Shown: piece after piece, positions 1 to 8,186 of the stretch
Numbering within the stretch: the stretch's first letter is position 1
How the letters are laid out: every line of letters starts with the position of its first letter
Virus record (IMG/VR): IMGVR_UViG_3300017648_000012
Coordinates: 1 to 29,605 of that record
Reading direction: 5' to 3' (one strand)
Length of the DNA: 29,605 nucleotides
Source of the DNA: a virus
Taxonomy: Duplodnaviria > Caudoviricetes
Program-made: the position numbers and the translations under genes
The notes under the pieces: model-generated
The model's input: only the letters and a program-made list of their open reading frames with translations
Database searches by the model: none
What the model was told of the DNA's origin: nothing

Positions 1-2
1 AA

Positions 3-224
3 GCCACGGCGATCTATCGTTTTGACGAGGAAAGCCTGACGGTTGAGGACATCACCGAAATGGTCGTGCCGTATTTCTCGGGCGATTTCTCGGATGCCCC
101 GGCTTGGATGCGCGGTTCTTCAATAGCCGAACAGATCGCCTACGAGGATCGTCTAGAAGCCAAAGATGTAGATCGTCATCAGCGCTCGCTCCGTTCGCCC
201 TCAGTGTATTTGGGGGCAATGTGA
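3..224 (+). CDS. 3' part of a hypothetical phage protein (truncated by window edge)
   Basis: Open frame ...ATAIYRFDEESLTVEDITEM...YLGAM* whose TGA (222-224) overlaps the next ATG. Confidence 0.7.
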   Translation, partial: ATAIYRFDEESLTVEDITEMVVPYFSGDFSDAPAWMRGSSIAEQIAYEDRLEAKDVDRHQRSLRSPSVYLGAM

Positions 225-424
225 TGATGGAGATGTCTTTCTACGGCATTGCCAAGATCGAACTGGTCAAGGTTTTTGCTGATAACTGCAATTCCCGCAC
301 GATCCGCATAACGAGCGTCAAGGGCGAAGAAATGGAAATCGCCCTCTATGGCGAGACTGAGGCTCTAGACGCTCTCCCACGATCCGATGACTTTCGTGAA
401 GTTCCAAAGAAGGGAGCAGCCTGA
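224..424 (+). CDS. Hypothetical protein (MMEMSFYGIAK..., 66 aa)
   Basis: TGATG coupling to upstream gene; start moved from 104. Confidence 0.7.
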   Translation: MMEMSFYGIAKIELVKVFADNCNSRTIRITSVKGEEMEIALYGETEALDALPRSDDFREVPKKGAA

Positions 425-687
425 TGTTCTCCGCTCTCGCACTCGGGGCGGCTTTGAACGTCGCCAGCGTCTCCCGGCCTTACGATCCTCACACCGGATA
501 TGTCGTGGTCGAGAACCGTATCACCCAGCAGATCGGGCCATTCTGGGATCGTCAGGACTGTGAGTTCGTCGGCAAGGGCATCGTGAACCACGCCTTTGAA
601 TTGATCTTCCGCCCCTATCAGACCGGGCCTGATGAGGCTCTCCGGTTGATGACGACAGAAGTCATCTGCCAGCGGAGGTCGAAATGA
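424..687 (+). CDS. Hypothetical protein with hydrophobic N-terminus
   Basis: GGGAG RBS, TGATG overlap, 87 aa. Confidence 0.7.
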   Translation: MFSALALGAALNVASVSRPYDPHTGYVVVENRITQQIGPFWDRQDCEFVGKGIVNHAFELIFRPYQTGPDEALRLMTTEVICQRRSK

Positions 688-773
688 CCTTTGACCCCGT
701 CGAGCTCTTCGTCACCGCAGCACTGATCATCGCCTTTATCGCAATCTGCCAGCAAATGAGGGACCGGACATGA
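684..773 (+). CDS. Small membrane protein, 29 aa (MTFDPVELFVTAALIIAFIAICQQMRDRT)
   Basis: GGAGG RBS; ATGA overlaps at both ends; not in ORF track. Confidence 0.7.
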   Translation: MTFDPVELFVTAALIIAFIAICQQMRDRT

Positions 774-1117
774 ACACCGAAACAAAGTTTACGCCGGGTC
801 CGTGGCACGTTCCGACCGGACCATTCGTTGGCGGACTGTCTGTTGAAGTCCGTGCCGATGATTATTTCATCAAATGTCCGGGCTCTGGCGGAGCGATGTC
901 ACTAACTCAGACTGTCTGCAAATTGGACTGGTCTAAGACTGAAGAGTGGGAAGCCAACGCCCATTTGATCGCCGCTGCGCCTGATCTCTTCGAAGCCCTC
1001 GATATGGCCCGCCGATACATGAAAATGTGCCTAGGTTCGTCATTCTGGGATGGCCCGAACCCGCATCCGATCATTGATGCGGCACTCGCCAAGGCGCGAG
1101 GTGAAGTCAATGCGTGA
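770..1117 (+). CDS. Conserved phage hypothetical protein (TPGPW...NAHLIAAAPDL type)
   Basis: FTPGPW and ANAHLIAAAPDLFEAL motifs common in phage early proteins. Confidence 0.8.
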   Translation: MNTETKFTPGPWHVPTGPFVGGLSVEVRADDYFIKCPGSGGAMSLTQTVCKLDWSKTEEWEANAHLIAAAPDLFEALDMARRYMKMCLGSSFWDGPNPHPIIDAALAKARGEVNA

Positions 1118-1211
1118 CCTCATCGAAGACATTGCCAGCTTTGTAGCTGTTTCCTCTTTCATTATCGTTTTTCTGTTCTGGGCCGATCAGGTGCCGGGAG
1201 TGCTCAAATGA
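1110..1211 (+). CDS. Small membrane protein, 33 aa (MRDLIEDIASFVAVSSFIIVFLFWADQVPGVLK)
   Basis: GAGGTG RBS; fills the gap and ends in ATGA overlap with the exonuclease. Confidence 0.65.
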   Translation: MRDLIEDIASFVAVSSFIIVFLFWADQVPGVLK

Positions 1212-2338
1212 ACAAGATCATCGACCGCGATAGCTTCCAACAGGTCGGAAGCGTGACGAATGGCATCGTGTCAGAAGTTGCTCGCCAGATCGGCAAGCCT
1301 TTTCACGCACCTGGTATCTACTTCGACATGCCAGACAGTGTTTATCACGCTGATCCGGCTCTTGGATCCACTGGCCTGAAAAAGCTTCTGGCCTCGGCGC
1401 CGGATTTCTGGTGGCAGTCGTCAATGAACCCGGCACGCGAACCTGAGAAGGAAACCGAAGCCAAGGTCTTTGGCCGTGCAGTGCACAAATGTGTTCTGGA
1501 AGGCCGTGACGCGTTTGAAGCGGAATTTGCACCACAGCCAGCGCCGGAGGATTATCCGGGCTGTTTGCGCGTCGTGGACGATTTGAAGCTGTTTCTGAAG
1601 CAGAACCGTTTGCCAATATCCGGGACGAAGGCCGAATTGATTTCCCGTGCCAAGACGGTTCCGGGTTGCCCTGTTGTTTTTGATGATGTGGTTGATGTGG
1701 CTGCCGCTAGTGGCAAGACGCTTCTAAAACGCGACGACTTCAATCGCATCTTGGCCGCATCGGCATTCATCAAGGCGAACGACAACCTTGCGAACGCCTT
1801 TACCGGCGGTATGCCTGAAGTCTCGATATTCTGGGAAGCTGACGGTGTCCGTCTGAAGGCCCGCCTTGACTACCTCAAGATGAATGCGATTTCCGACCTG
1901 AAATCCATAAGAAACTCCCGTGAGATAGAGTTCAAGGTAGCCTGCCGGAATCGCATCGCCAGCCTGAACTATTTGCTGTCGGCAGAGCATTATTGCGAAG
2001 GGCGCCGCCAGATGTCGCGATTGATCGCAGATGGTGCTGTCTACGGCGATCATGATGCTGAATGGCTGCGCGGAGTAGCCAAGAACCAAGCATATGCCTT
2101 TGTTCTGGTGTTCTGGCAGGCCGAAGCGAGCCCGATTTCCCACGGCTTTAAGCTGTCACCTGGGAACCCGCTATTCGCCAATGCGCGAGCAGAAATAGCC
2201 CGATCAATCGACATTTATCAGTCCTTCATGCGCGAGTTCGGAACGGACACAGCATGGATTCTGAAAGAGCCACTGGAAGAGCTGGATCAGACCGAACTCC
2301 CGAACTGGTGGCACTACAAGCAGAGCTTTGGAGCGTGA
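1208..2338 (+). CDS. RecE/exodeoxyribonuclease VIII-like PD-(D/E)XK nuclease (DUF3799-like)
   Basis: GIYFDMP..YHAD, G.AVH..VLE, PEVSIFW, LKARLDYL, DLKS motifs. Confidence 0.85.
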   Translation: MNKIIDRDSFQQVGSVTNGIVSEVARQIGKPFHAPGIYFDMPDSVYHADPALGSTGLKKLLASAPDFWWQSSMNPAREPEKETEAKVFGRAVHKCVLEGRDAFEAEFAPQPAPEDYPGCLRVVDDLKLFLKQNRLPISGTKAELISRAKTVPGCPVVFDDVVDVAAASGKTLLKRDDFNRILAASAFIKANDNLANAFTGGMPEVSIFWEADGVRLKARLDYLKMNAISDLKSIRNSREIEFKVACRNRIASLNYLLSAEHYCEGRRQMSRLIADGAVYGDHDAEWLRGVAKNQAYAFVLVFWQAEASPISHGFKLSPGNPLFANARAEIARSIDIYQSFMREFGTDTAWILKEPLEELDQTELPNWWHYKQSFGA

Positions 2339-2340
2339 AA

Positions 2341-3636
2341 ATGAGCATGGAAATCATCACACAGGACGGCGAGTTCGTTGAAGAAGGTACCGCACTCGCA
2401 ACGGCAAGTATGGCAGTCCAACTGCAGAAGGCCGAAATTGATCAGCTGGTATCGACCGCTCACGCATTCCCGCGATCGTTGAAGCGGGTACAGTCAAGCA
2501 TTCTAAGCATGGCGACCTTGGACGAGGAAAGTGCAGAGGAATGCATCTACGCCCTTCCTCGTGGTGGAAAGCCCATCCGTGGACCTTCGATACGCTTTGC
2601 TGAGATACTGAAGCAGTCCTACGGAAACTGCCGCGCGGCTGCCCGAGTTGTCCATGTCGATAAAACCGAAGGATATGTTGAAGCCGAAGGCGTCTTTCAC
2701 GACCTCGAAACCAACTCAGCGTCGACGGCCCGCGTTCGGCGGCGGATAACCGACAAGGGCGGACGCGTGTTCAAGGACGACATGATCATCGTCACCGGCA
2801 ACGCTGCATGCTCTATCGCCATGCGCAATGCGATCCTTGCCGGTGTTCCGAAGCCGCTCTGGCGCAAAGCCTACGACATGGTGCAGGCGACGATTACCGG
2901 CGATATCACCACGCTGTCAGAGAACCGTGAAAAGGCATTCAAGGCCCTCGCCGCCTTCGGTGTGAAGCCGGACCAGGTTTTCACTTCGCTTGGCATTCAA
3001 GGTGAGGAAGATATCACAGTCGATCACATCGCCACCCTGCGCGGCATGTATTCGGCGTTGAAGAATGGTGAAGCAACCGTTGAAGAAATGTTCGTCGGCA
3101 CGGTGAAAGCCGTTTCTGATCATCAGCAGATTGCCGATCCTCTCTCTGACGAACCGGCCATCAAACACCGCGTCGAAGATGCTGAAAAAGCATCCAACGA
3201 AGTTGCGAAACAAATCAATGAACAAGATACGCCTGCCGAAGTCGCCTCCAGCGGCAGCGTAGAGGGTGGAGAGCGTTCGGTCCTTAGCGGCTCCACCCTC
3301 ATCAATTCCGATGATAAAACGGCACCGGTTGATGACCAGCCGGAACAAACCGAACCAACGTCGGCCGCGGTCGAACTCACCGTCGCAGAACGTGAAGGCC
3401 TGAAGGAATACATCAACCAGTGCCGGAACAGTGTCGGCCCAGATCCTTCCGTCATCGTATCGGTCGCCAAGGGCTATGCGGACATGTTCACGTCTGACCT
3501 GGCTAAAGCCAAGGCCAGAACCATCACCGAACGGTTTATCGCTGTCTGCAAGGAGGAAGAAACCGGCATCAGAGCCGTTCAGTATTCCTGCTCCATCATT
3601 GGCGTCGAGCCGGCGGAACTGGACGAGGTGGCGTGA
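2341..3636 (+). CDS. Putative single-strand annealing/recombination protein (RecT-position partner) with low-complexity linker
   Basis: Directly follows exonuclease; FPR...YALPRGG..I.GPSIRFAE...YGN motifs; GGAG RBS supports start 2341. Confidence 0.6.
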   Translation: MSMEIITQDGEFVEEGTALATASMAVQLQKAEIDQLVSTAHAFPRSLKRVQSSILSMATLDEESAEECIYALPRGGKPIRGPSIRFAEILKQSYGNCRAAARVVHVDKTEGYVEAEGVFHDLETNSASTARVRRRITDKGGRVFKDDMIIVTGNAACSIAMRNAILAGVPKPLWRKAYDMVQATITGDITTLSENREKAFKALAAFGVKPDQVFTSLGIQGEEDITVDHIATLRGMYSALKNGEATVEEMFVGTVKAVSDHQQIADPLSDEPAIKHRVEDAEKASNEVAKQINEQDTPAEVASSGSVEGGERSVLSGSTLINSDDKTAPVDDQPEQTEPTSAAVELTVAEREGLKEYINQCRNSVGPDPSVIVSVAKGYADMFTSDLAKAKARTITERFIAVCKEEETGIRAVQYSCSIIGVEPAELDEVA

Positions 3637-4061
3637 TGGCTAGGCGAGAGTTCACCAAGGAAATCAAGCGCGCCGCTCTGCGCCGGTCGCTCGGCAAGTG
3701 TGAGGCCATCGGAGAAATGTACGGCTTCAAACCGGGCCAGCGTTGCAATGCGTCTCTGTCTGTTGGCGTCCAGTACGATCACATCATTGCCGACAGTATC
3801 GGCGGTGAACCGACATTGGATAACTGCGCTGCCGTTTGCGTGTCCTGTCACGGATACAAAACCCGCACGGTTGATACGCCGAGAGCAGCTAAAACCAAGC
3901 GGATGAGCGATAAGGCCAAGGGTATCGTTCGCCCGAAAGGCACGATCAAGGGCCAAGGCTTCGCCAAGTCCGAGAAGTCGCCGCGTATCGATAAATCCGC
4001 CCTTCCCACATTGCCACGGCCCCGACTGATGCAGGCGGGAACTGCGAGGAACCAGCCATGA
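3636..4061 (+). CDS. HNH endonuclease
   Basis: [14 protein letters not shown]...LDNC..VC..CH..KT. Confidence 0.85.
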   Translation: MARREFTKEIKRAALRRSLGKCEAIGEMYGFKPGQRCNASLSVGVQYDHIIADSIGGEPTLDNCAAVCVSCHGYKTRTVDTPRAAKTKRMSDKAKGIVRPKGTIKGQGFAKSEKSPRIDKSALPTLPRPRLMQAGTARNQP

Positions 4062-4786
4062 CCACCCTACCAGAAGAAGCCGTGAAGGCGGCAGCACAGT
4101 GCTACTTGGACCGGACTGTCAGCATTAATGAAACGGCGTCAAGCCTAGCCCATGCGATGCTCACCGCCGCTATCCCCTTCCTCCCCGTGCAAGGGGCTGT
4201 GAAGCGTCCTGTGAAGGCTTTGCCTAGCCAAGACGAGCTGCGCACATTGCTGCGGTATGAGCCGGAGACGGGCAAATTATTCTGGCGCGAGCGTCAAGCC
4301 CATCAAATGAAGGGCATAGACCCGACAAGACGGGAGTGGGCCGCACGGCAATTTAACAGCCGTTACGCTGGTAAAGAGGCATTTACGTCATCGGATAAAC
4401 TTGGTTACCGGCATGGGAAAATCAATTGGCTAAATTATCAGGCGCATCGTGTCATCTGGAAGCTTGTCCATGGTGAAGACCCGCAGGTCATAGATCACAT
4501 AAATCGCGATCCATCTGACAACCGCATTGTTAATCTACGCAACTGCACCATTGCAGAAAACAGCCGTAATTACTCCAAGCCGAACAAAGCCTCTGGTTAT
4601 CGCGGTGTGTGTTGGGTGAAGCGCGATAGGGCGTGGGCTGCTCGCATTTCCAATGGGCGCGGCGGGAAAGTAAGCCTTGGAAATTTTAAGAATGAAGTGG
4701 ACGCGGCGCGGGCTTATGACGCCGCTGCAAGGTCGCTTCATGGCGAGTTTGCCACTCTCAACTTCCCGGACGAGGTGCAGATATGA
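4058..4786 (+). CDS. HNH-AP2 homing endonuclease with an unrelated ~49-aa N-terminal segment
   Basis: [35 protein letters not shown] (HNH_3-type); SGYRGV...W.ARI...[24 protein letters not shown] (AP2). Confidence 0.9.
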   Translation: MTTLPEEAVKAAAQCYLDRTVSINETASSLAHAMLTAAIPFLPVQGAVKRPVKALPSQDELRTLLRYEPETGKLFWRERQAHQMKGIDPTRREWAARQFNSRYAGKEAFTSSDKLGYRHGKINWLNYQAHRVIWKLVHGEDPQVIDHINRDPSDNRIVNLRNCTIAENSRNYSKPNKASGYRGVCWVKRDRAWAARISNGRGGKVSLGNFKNEVDAARAYDAAARSLHGEFATLNFPDEVQI

Positions 4787-5454
4787 TCACTGTCAAAAAT
4801 CTGGAGTGGCGCAAGGGGCGCGCGGAAACGCCATTTGGCCCGTATCATGTGATTGAGGAGACCAACGACGACGAGCCGTTTTGGTTTGTAATGTTTAACG
4901 GCAAGGCCGCCGCTAGGTGTGGAACGCATGATGACGAGGAATCAGCAATATTCGCAGCCCAAGCCGATTATTCCGCTCGCATCCTCTCCGCGCTTGAGCC
5001 ATCCGCAGCGCGTGAGCTGGCGTTGGAACGCATATCGAAGATTTTACGTGGCGATGTGGAAACAGACACCATTGTGACCGCGGTGAACAGGTTAAATGCG
5101 GCAATAGATATCGCACTCCGCGCTCTATCATCCCCGGACCATGCCGACGCCGGTAAGGTCGAGGGGGATGGGCGAGCTGATCTTGAACGTTTCTGGCGTC
5201 CGATTTCCGAGGCCGACAAGTCGATCACATTCGAGCACACTTTCGACCTTGGCGACGGCGAGAAAATGACTATCCGCAACTCGGATCACTACTGGGTGCG
5301 GGACGCAGACGGTCGCGTTTACGAGGCAACATGGTCAGATCACAAGGCCGGATACTGGTGGGACTTGGAAGGCGAAAGCCCTGTCGATCCGGTCGAATAT
5401 ATGCCGCATCCGCTTTCTCTCCCCTCTGCACCAGCTTCGGAGGGCGCGGAATGA
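4783..5454 (+). CDS. Mosaic hypothetical protein; C-terminal WRPISE...W...P..YMP.P (DUF551-like) module
   Basis: ATGA coupling, GAGGTG RBS, 223 aa. Confidence 0.75.
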   Translation: MITVKNLEWRKGRAETPFGPYHVIEETNDDEPFWFVMFNGKAAARCGTHDDEESAIFAAQADYSARILSALEPSAARELALERISKILRGDVETDTIVTAVNRLNAAIDIALRALSSPDHADAGKVEGDGRADLERFWRPISEADKSITFEHTFDLGDGEKMTIRNSDHYWVRDADGRVYEATWSDHKAGYWWDLEGESPVDPVEYMPHPLSLPSAPASEGAE

Positions 5455-6149
5455 GCAAGCTGCGCGCACTTTCGCTGTTCGCCGGAATAGGCGGGTTTGA
5501 TCTTGGCCTTGAAAGAACGGGCGGCTTTGAAATCGTTGGCCAGTGCGAGATTGAGCCGTTTCAACGCGCCGTGCTTCGCAAGCATTGGCCCGAAGTACAG
5601 CAGATCGAAGATATCCACGATATCGAGCGGTTTGACTGTGACGTGATTTGTGGCGGCTTCCCTTGCCAGCCGTTTAGCACAGCTTCACGCGGTCGCCGTG
5701 TTGCGGTCGATCTGTGGCCAGAAATGCGCCGGGTGATCGATGGTTCCGATCCTTCCTATGTCATCGCGGAGAATGTCAGTGAATATGCAATCAAAATTGC
5801 CGCAGATGACCTGCGGACACTCGGATACAACATCGCAATCAGAAATATATCGGCTCATGATTGCGGGGCACCGCATGGAAGAAGCCGTTGGTGGCTTGTT
5901 GCACACCCCCACGAGGAAGGCGAATTTCAACGCGCCCTCGATGCAGAAGTGGCCAAGCTGCCGGAACTATGTGCTGGCCTTTGGGACGCAAAAGCCTACG
6001 CCGGCGCAATTCGAGTTTCTAATGGGCTATCCCATCGGGTTCACAGAGTTGAAGCACTCGGAAACGCTGTCCTTCCCCAAATTCCACAAGTAATCGGGCT
6101 GGCCATTCTCACCACCCACCCATCAGGAGGCGACCGTCATGGCGAGTGA
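5451..6149 (+). CDS. C5-cytosine DNA methyltransferase, large (alpha) polypeptide
   Basis: Motif I LFAGIGG, IV GGFPCQ, VI ENV, VIII HGRSRW, X LGNAV; motif IX absent from this frame; ATGA-coupled start at 5451. Confidence 0.92.
   Translation: MSKLRALSLFAGIGGFDLGLERTGGFEIVGQCEIEPFQRAVLRKHWPEVQQIEDIHDIERFDCDVICGGFPCQPFSTASRGRRVAVDLWPEMRRVIDGSDPSYVIAENVSEYAIKIAADDLRTLGYNIAIRNISAHDCGAPHGRSRWWLVAHPHEEGEFQRALDAEVAKLPELCAGLWDAKAYAGAIRVSNGLSHRVHRVEALGNAVLPQIPQVIGLAILTTHPSGGDRHGE
5740..6093 (+). CDS. Putative nested small (beta) polypeptide of the C5 methyltransferase supplying motif IX
   Basis: Alternative frame reads PTPAQFEFLMGYPIGFT; in-frame ATGs at 5740, 5758, 5773, 5785; true start uncertain. 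Confidence 0.7.
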   Translation: MVPILPMSSRRMSVNMQSKLPQMTCGHSDTTSQSEIYRLMIAGHRMEEAVGGLLHTPTRKANFNAPSMQKWPSCRNYVLAFGTQKPTPAQFEFLMGYPIGFTELKHSETLSFPKFHK

Positions 6150-6891
6150 GTTGCCCAACGTAACAGCCGCTCTTGTTGCCCTTACCGAAGCTGGCATTCC
6201 GACAGACGTTCAGGAATTGCTTGTTCGTGGTGACGCATCACGAGGGATAGCACCCGGCGCGATAATCAAAGCGCTCAACACCCGCCCCACGCCTGCCGCT
6301 ACAGATACTGGACTGGTGACGGTTGATGGCATCGTCATCAGCAAAAAGTTTTACGATCACCTTGTCGCGCTGAGCGGCTACTATATCGCCCGGCCCTCCA
6401 CTCCCGACCATGAGTTCGTGAACGTCTGTAATGGCGACCTCCGTATGCTCAACGATTTTATGGACAAAATAGAGCATGTTGTCACTGTCACCCGCTCGCA
6501 GGCTGAGGAGCTATTGGCGGCGGAACGGGCGGAGCATGATAATACAATAGCCACACTTATGAACCTGATTACTGACAACGCGGCACTCATTCATGATCTA
6601 AACCGTATCAAAGATCATGAGACAGAACTAGTTAACGACAACGCGGCGAAGGATGCGGACATCGACCGAGTTCTTGCAGACAATCGCAAATGCCTTGTCA
6701 GGATCGCTGAACTCGACGCCAAGCTCGCGGCGGCTGAAAAGGCGCTGGAGTTCTATGCGAACCAAGAGAACTGGAAGAACGGACGCTTTGAACAGGTAGA
6801 TGGTGGAACGGTTCTTCGCCATTACCCTGCATCCGCCCATAAAGATCGCGGTGCAACAGCCCGCGCCGTGCTGGGAGGGAAGCTGTCATGA
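6139..6891 (+). CDS. Mosaic coiled-coil hypothetical protein
   Basis: AGGAGG RBS, 250 aa, heptad-like DNAA repeats. Confidence 0.8.
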   Translation: MASELPNVTAALVALTEAGIPTDVQELLVRGDASRGIAPGAIIKALNTRPTPAATDTGLVTVDGIVISKKFYDHLVALSGYYIARPSTPDHEFVNVCNGDLRMLNDFMDKIEHVVTVTRSQAEELLAAERAEHDNTIATLMNLITDNAALIHDLNRIKDHETELVNDNAAKDADIDRVLADNRKCLVRIAELDAKLAAAEKALEFYANQENWKNGRFEQVDGGTVLRHYPASAHKDRGATARAVLGGKLS

Positions 6892-6995
6892 TCGAGGTAG
6901 CTTTAATTACAGTCTGGCTAATTGCTTACACGGCAATCGTTTTCGGCGGTCTTATCGGCCTTCTTATTTACGCAGTTGTCAGGAGGAAGCCATGA
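6888..6995 (+). CDS. Small membrane protein, 35 aa (MIEVALITVWLIAYTAIVFGGLIGLLIYAVVRRKP)
   Basis: GGAGG RBS; ATGA overlaps at both ends. Confidence 0.75.
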   Translation: MIEVALITVWLIAYTAIVFGGLIGLLIYAVVRRKP

Positions 6996-7216
6996 CCGAC
7001 CTCATTACCCGCCTCTCCAAGCTAGACGCGCCTGACAGGGAAGTGACGCAAGCCGAACGCGAGCAGTATCGCAAAGAGTATCGTGAAGCCGTCCGCAATT
7101 GCTGGAAAGATAATCCGCGCACCATGGACGAAATACTGGAACAGCAAGCCAAGGTGAACGTGCTGCGTCCGGGTCGCATCGCCCTCTTGCGCGCAAAGGA
7201 GGCCAGCAAGCTATGA
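6992..7216 (+). CDS. Hypothetical protein (MTDLITRLSKLDAPDREV..., 74 aa)
   Basis: AGGAGG RBS before ATG 6992. Confidence 0.75.
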   Translation: MTDLITRLSKLDAPDREVTQAEREQYRKEYREAVRNCWKDNPRTMDEILEQQAKVNVLRPGRIALLRAKEASKL

Positions 7217-7335
7217 GCAACATTCTTATCATCAGCCTTATCGGCTTGTTCACTAGCGGCGTGGCCGTCGGCCTGTCCTTGGCCGCTGTCATTTACCTGA
7301 GCCTAAACGCAAAAGAGGCCAACCATGCCGAGTAA
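7213..7335 (+). CDS. Small membrane protein, 40 aa (MSNILIISLIGLFTSGVAVGLSLAAVIYLSLNAKEANHAE)
   Basis: AGGAGG RBS, ATGA overlap, single hydrophobic segment. Confidence 0.7.
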   Translation: MSNILIISLIGLFTSGVAVGLSLAAVIYLSLNAKEANHAE

Positions 7336-7561
7336 GGAACAACCGAAAATCTACGTTGATATGGCCGGTTCCCTTCCCGATCAGATGGTAACGACACAGG
7401 AAGTGCCGACTGCGCTACTCCGCTGGAATGAAGGCGTATTGGAACAGCGTATCGAGTTGAAGGAATGGAATAACCGGGGCGACATGATCAATTGGACAAC
7501 GTTCTGGCGTCCTGTGCCGACATTCGCCGCCAACGGAACAGGGGGCGAAAATGCCGAGTAA
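7325..7561 (+). CDS. Hypothetical protein
   Basis: GAGG RBS, coupled in operon, 78 aa. Confidence 0.7.
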   Translation: MPSKEQPKIYVDMAGSLPDQMVTTQEVPTALLRWNEGVLEQRIELKEWNNRGDMINWTTFWRPVPTFAANGTGGENAE

Positions 7562-7566
7562 GGAAC
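7325..7566 (+). repeat. 16-bp perfect direct repeat ATGCCGAGTAAGGAAC at 7325-7340 and 7551-7566
   Basis: Seen directly; forms the start of two consecutive genes. Confidence 0.9.
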
Positions 7567-7796
7567 TTCTCAACGACATTGCAACGCTCCTGTCCGACGA
7601 GCTTCCAGAAGGCGCGCACGGCTTCGACTATGAAGATGTAGCCAAGAAGTTGTGTGCAGGCTTCCTCGCCGCTCTACAGGAGCCGAATCGTCCAATGTCT
7701 GAAATCGGACAGCCTTATGTGCGTGTCGGTTACGACGCGTGGGATGTTTGGCGCGCCATGCTCAACGCCAGCCCACTTGGGGAGCAAGGCGAATGA
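7551..7796 (+). CDS. Hypothetical protein
   Basis: GGGGG RBS, coupled, 81 aa. Confidence 0.7.
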   Translation: MPSKELLNDIATLLSDELPEGAHGFDYEDVAKKLCAGFLAALQEPNRPMSEIGQPYVRVGYDAWDVWRAMLNASPLGEQGE

Positions 7797-8005
7797 AGCT
7801 GACAGACGAAGATCGGAAGTTTCTCAGCGCTCTCAAGCCAGATGGGGAGCCTACATCATCTTGGCCTCTTCCGCTGGCAACACGCGCACAGGATCGTGCC
7901 CGTGCCCGCGCCAAGAAATTCGGATGGGCCGTTTTCGATCGAAAAGTTTGGGGATGGCGCTTGCTCGAAGCCGGTCGCCAAGCCCTGAAAGGCGGTTCCG
8001 AATGA
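7793..8005 (+). CDS. Hypothetical protein, possible winged-helix (MKLTDEDRKFL..., 70 aa)
   Basis: GGAG RBS, ATGA overlaps, ...GW....W.L.EAGRQAL pattern. Confidence 0.7.
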   Translation: MKLTDEDRKFLSALKPDGEPTSSWPLPLATRAQDRARARAKKFGWAVFDRKVWGWRLLEAGRQALKGGSE

Positions 8006-8181
8006 GCGTTGTTATTTCCAACTTGACCAGCGGCCATCACGATAATCCGAACCGTTATGAGGTTTGCATCAACGATGATCGGATAGCTCTCTTCGATCAC
8101 ACGCCATCTGACGGGCTGGCTCAGTGTCTTCGCCAAGCTGCCGAAGCCGTCGAGCGCGCCGCACTGCGGGAAAGGGAGTGA
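8002..8181 (+). CDS. Hypothetical protein (MSVVISNL..., 59 aa)
   Basis: ATGA overlap with previous gene. Confidence 0.65.
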   Translation: MSVVISNLTSGHHDNPNRYEVCINDDRIALFDHTPSDGLAQCLRQAAEAVERAALRERE

Positions 8182-8186
8182 GAATG

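Noticed and set aside
5331-5450. N-terminal extension of the methyltransferase
   Set aside because: Overlaps the upstream gene; ATGA-coupled start at 5451 with GGAGG RBS lies just before motif I
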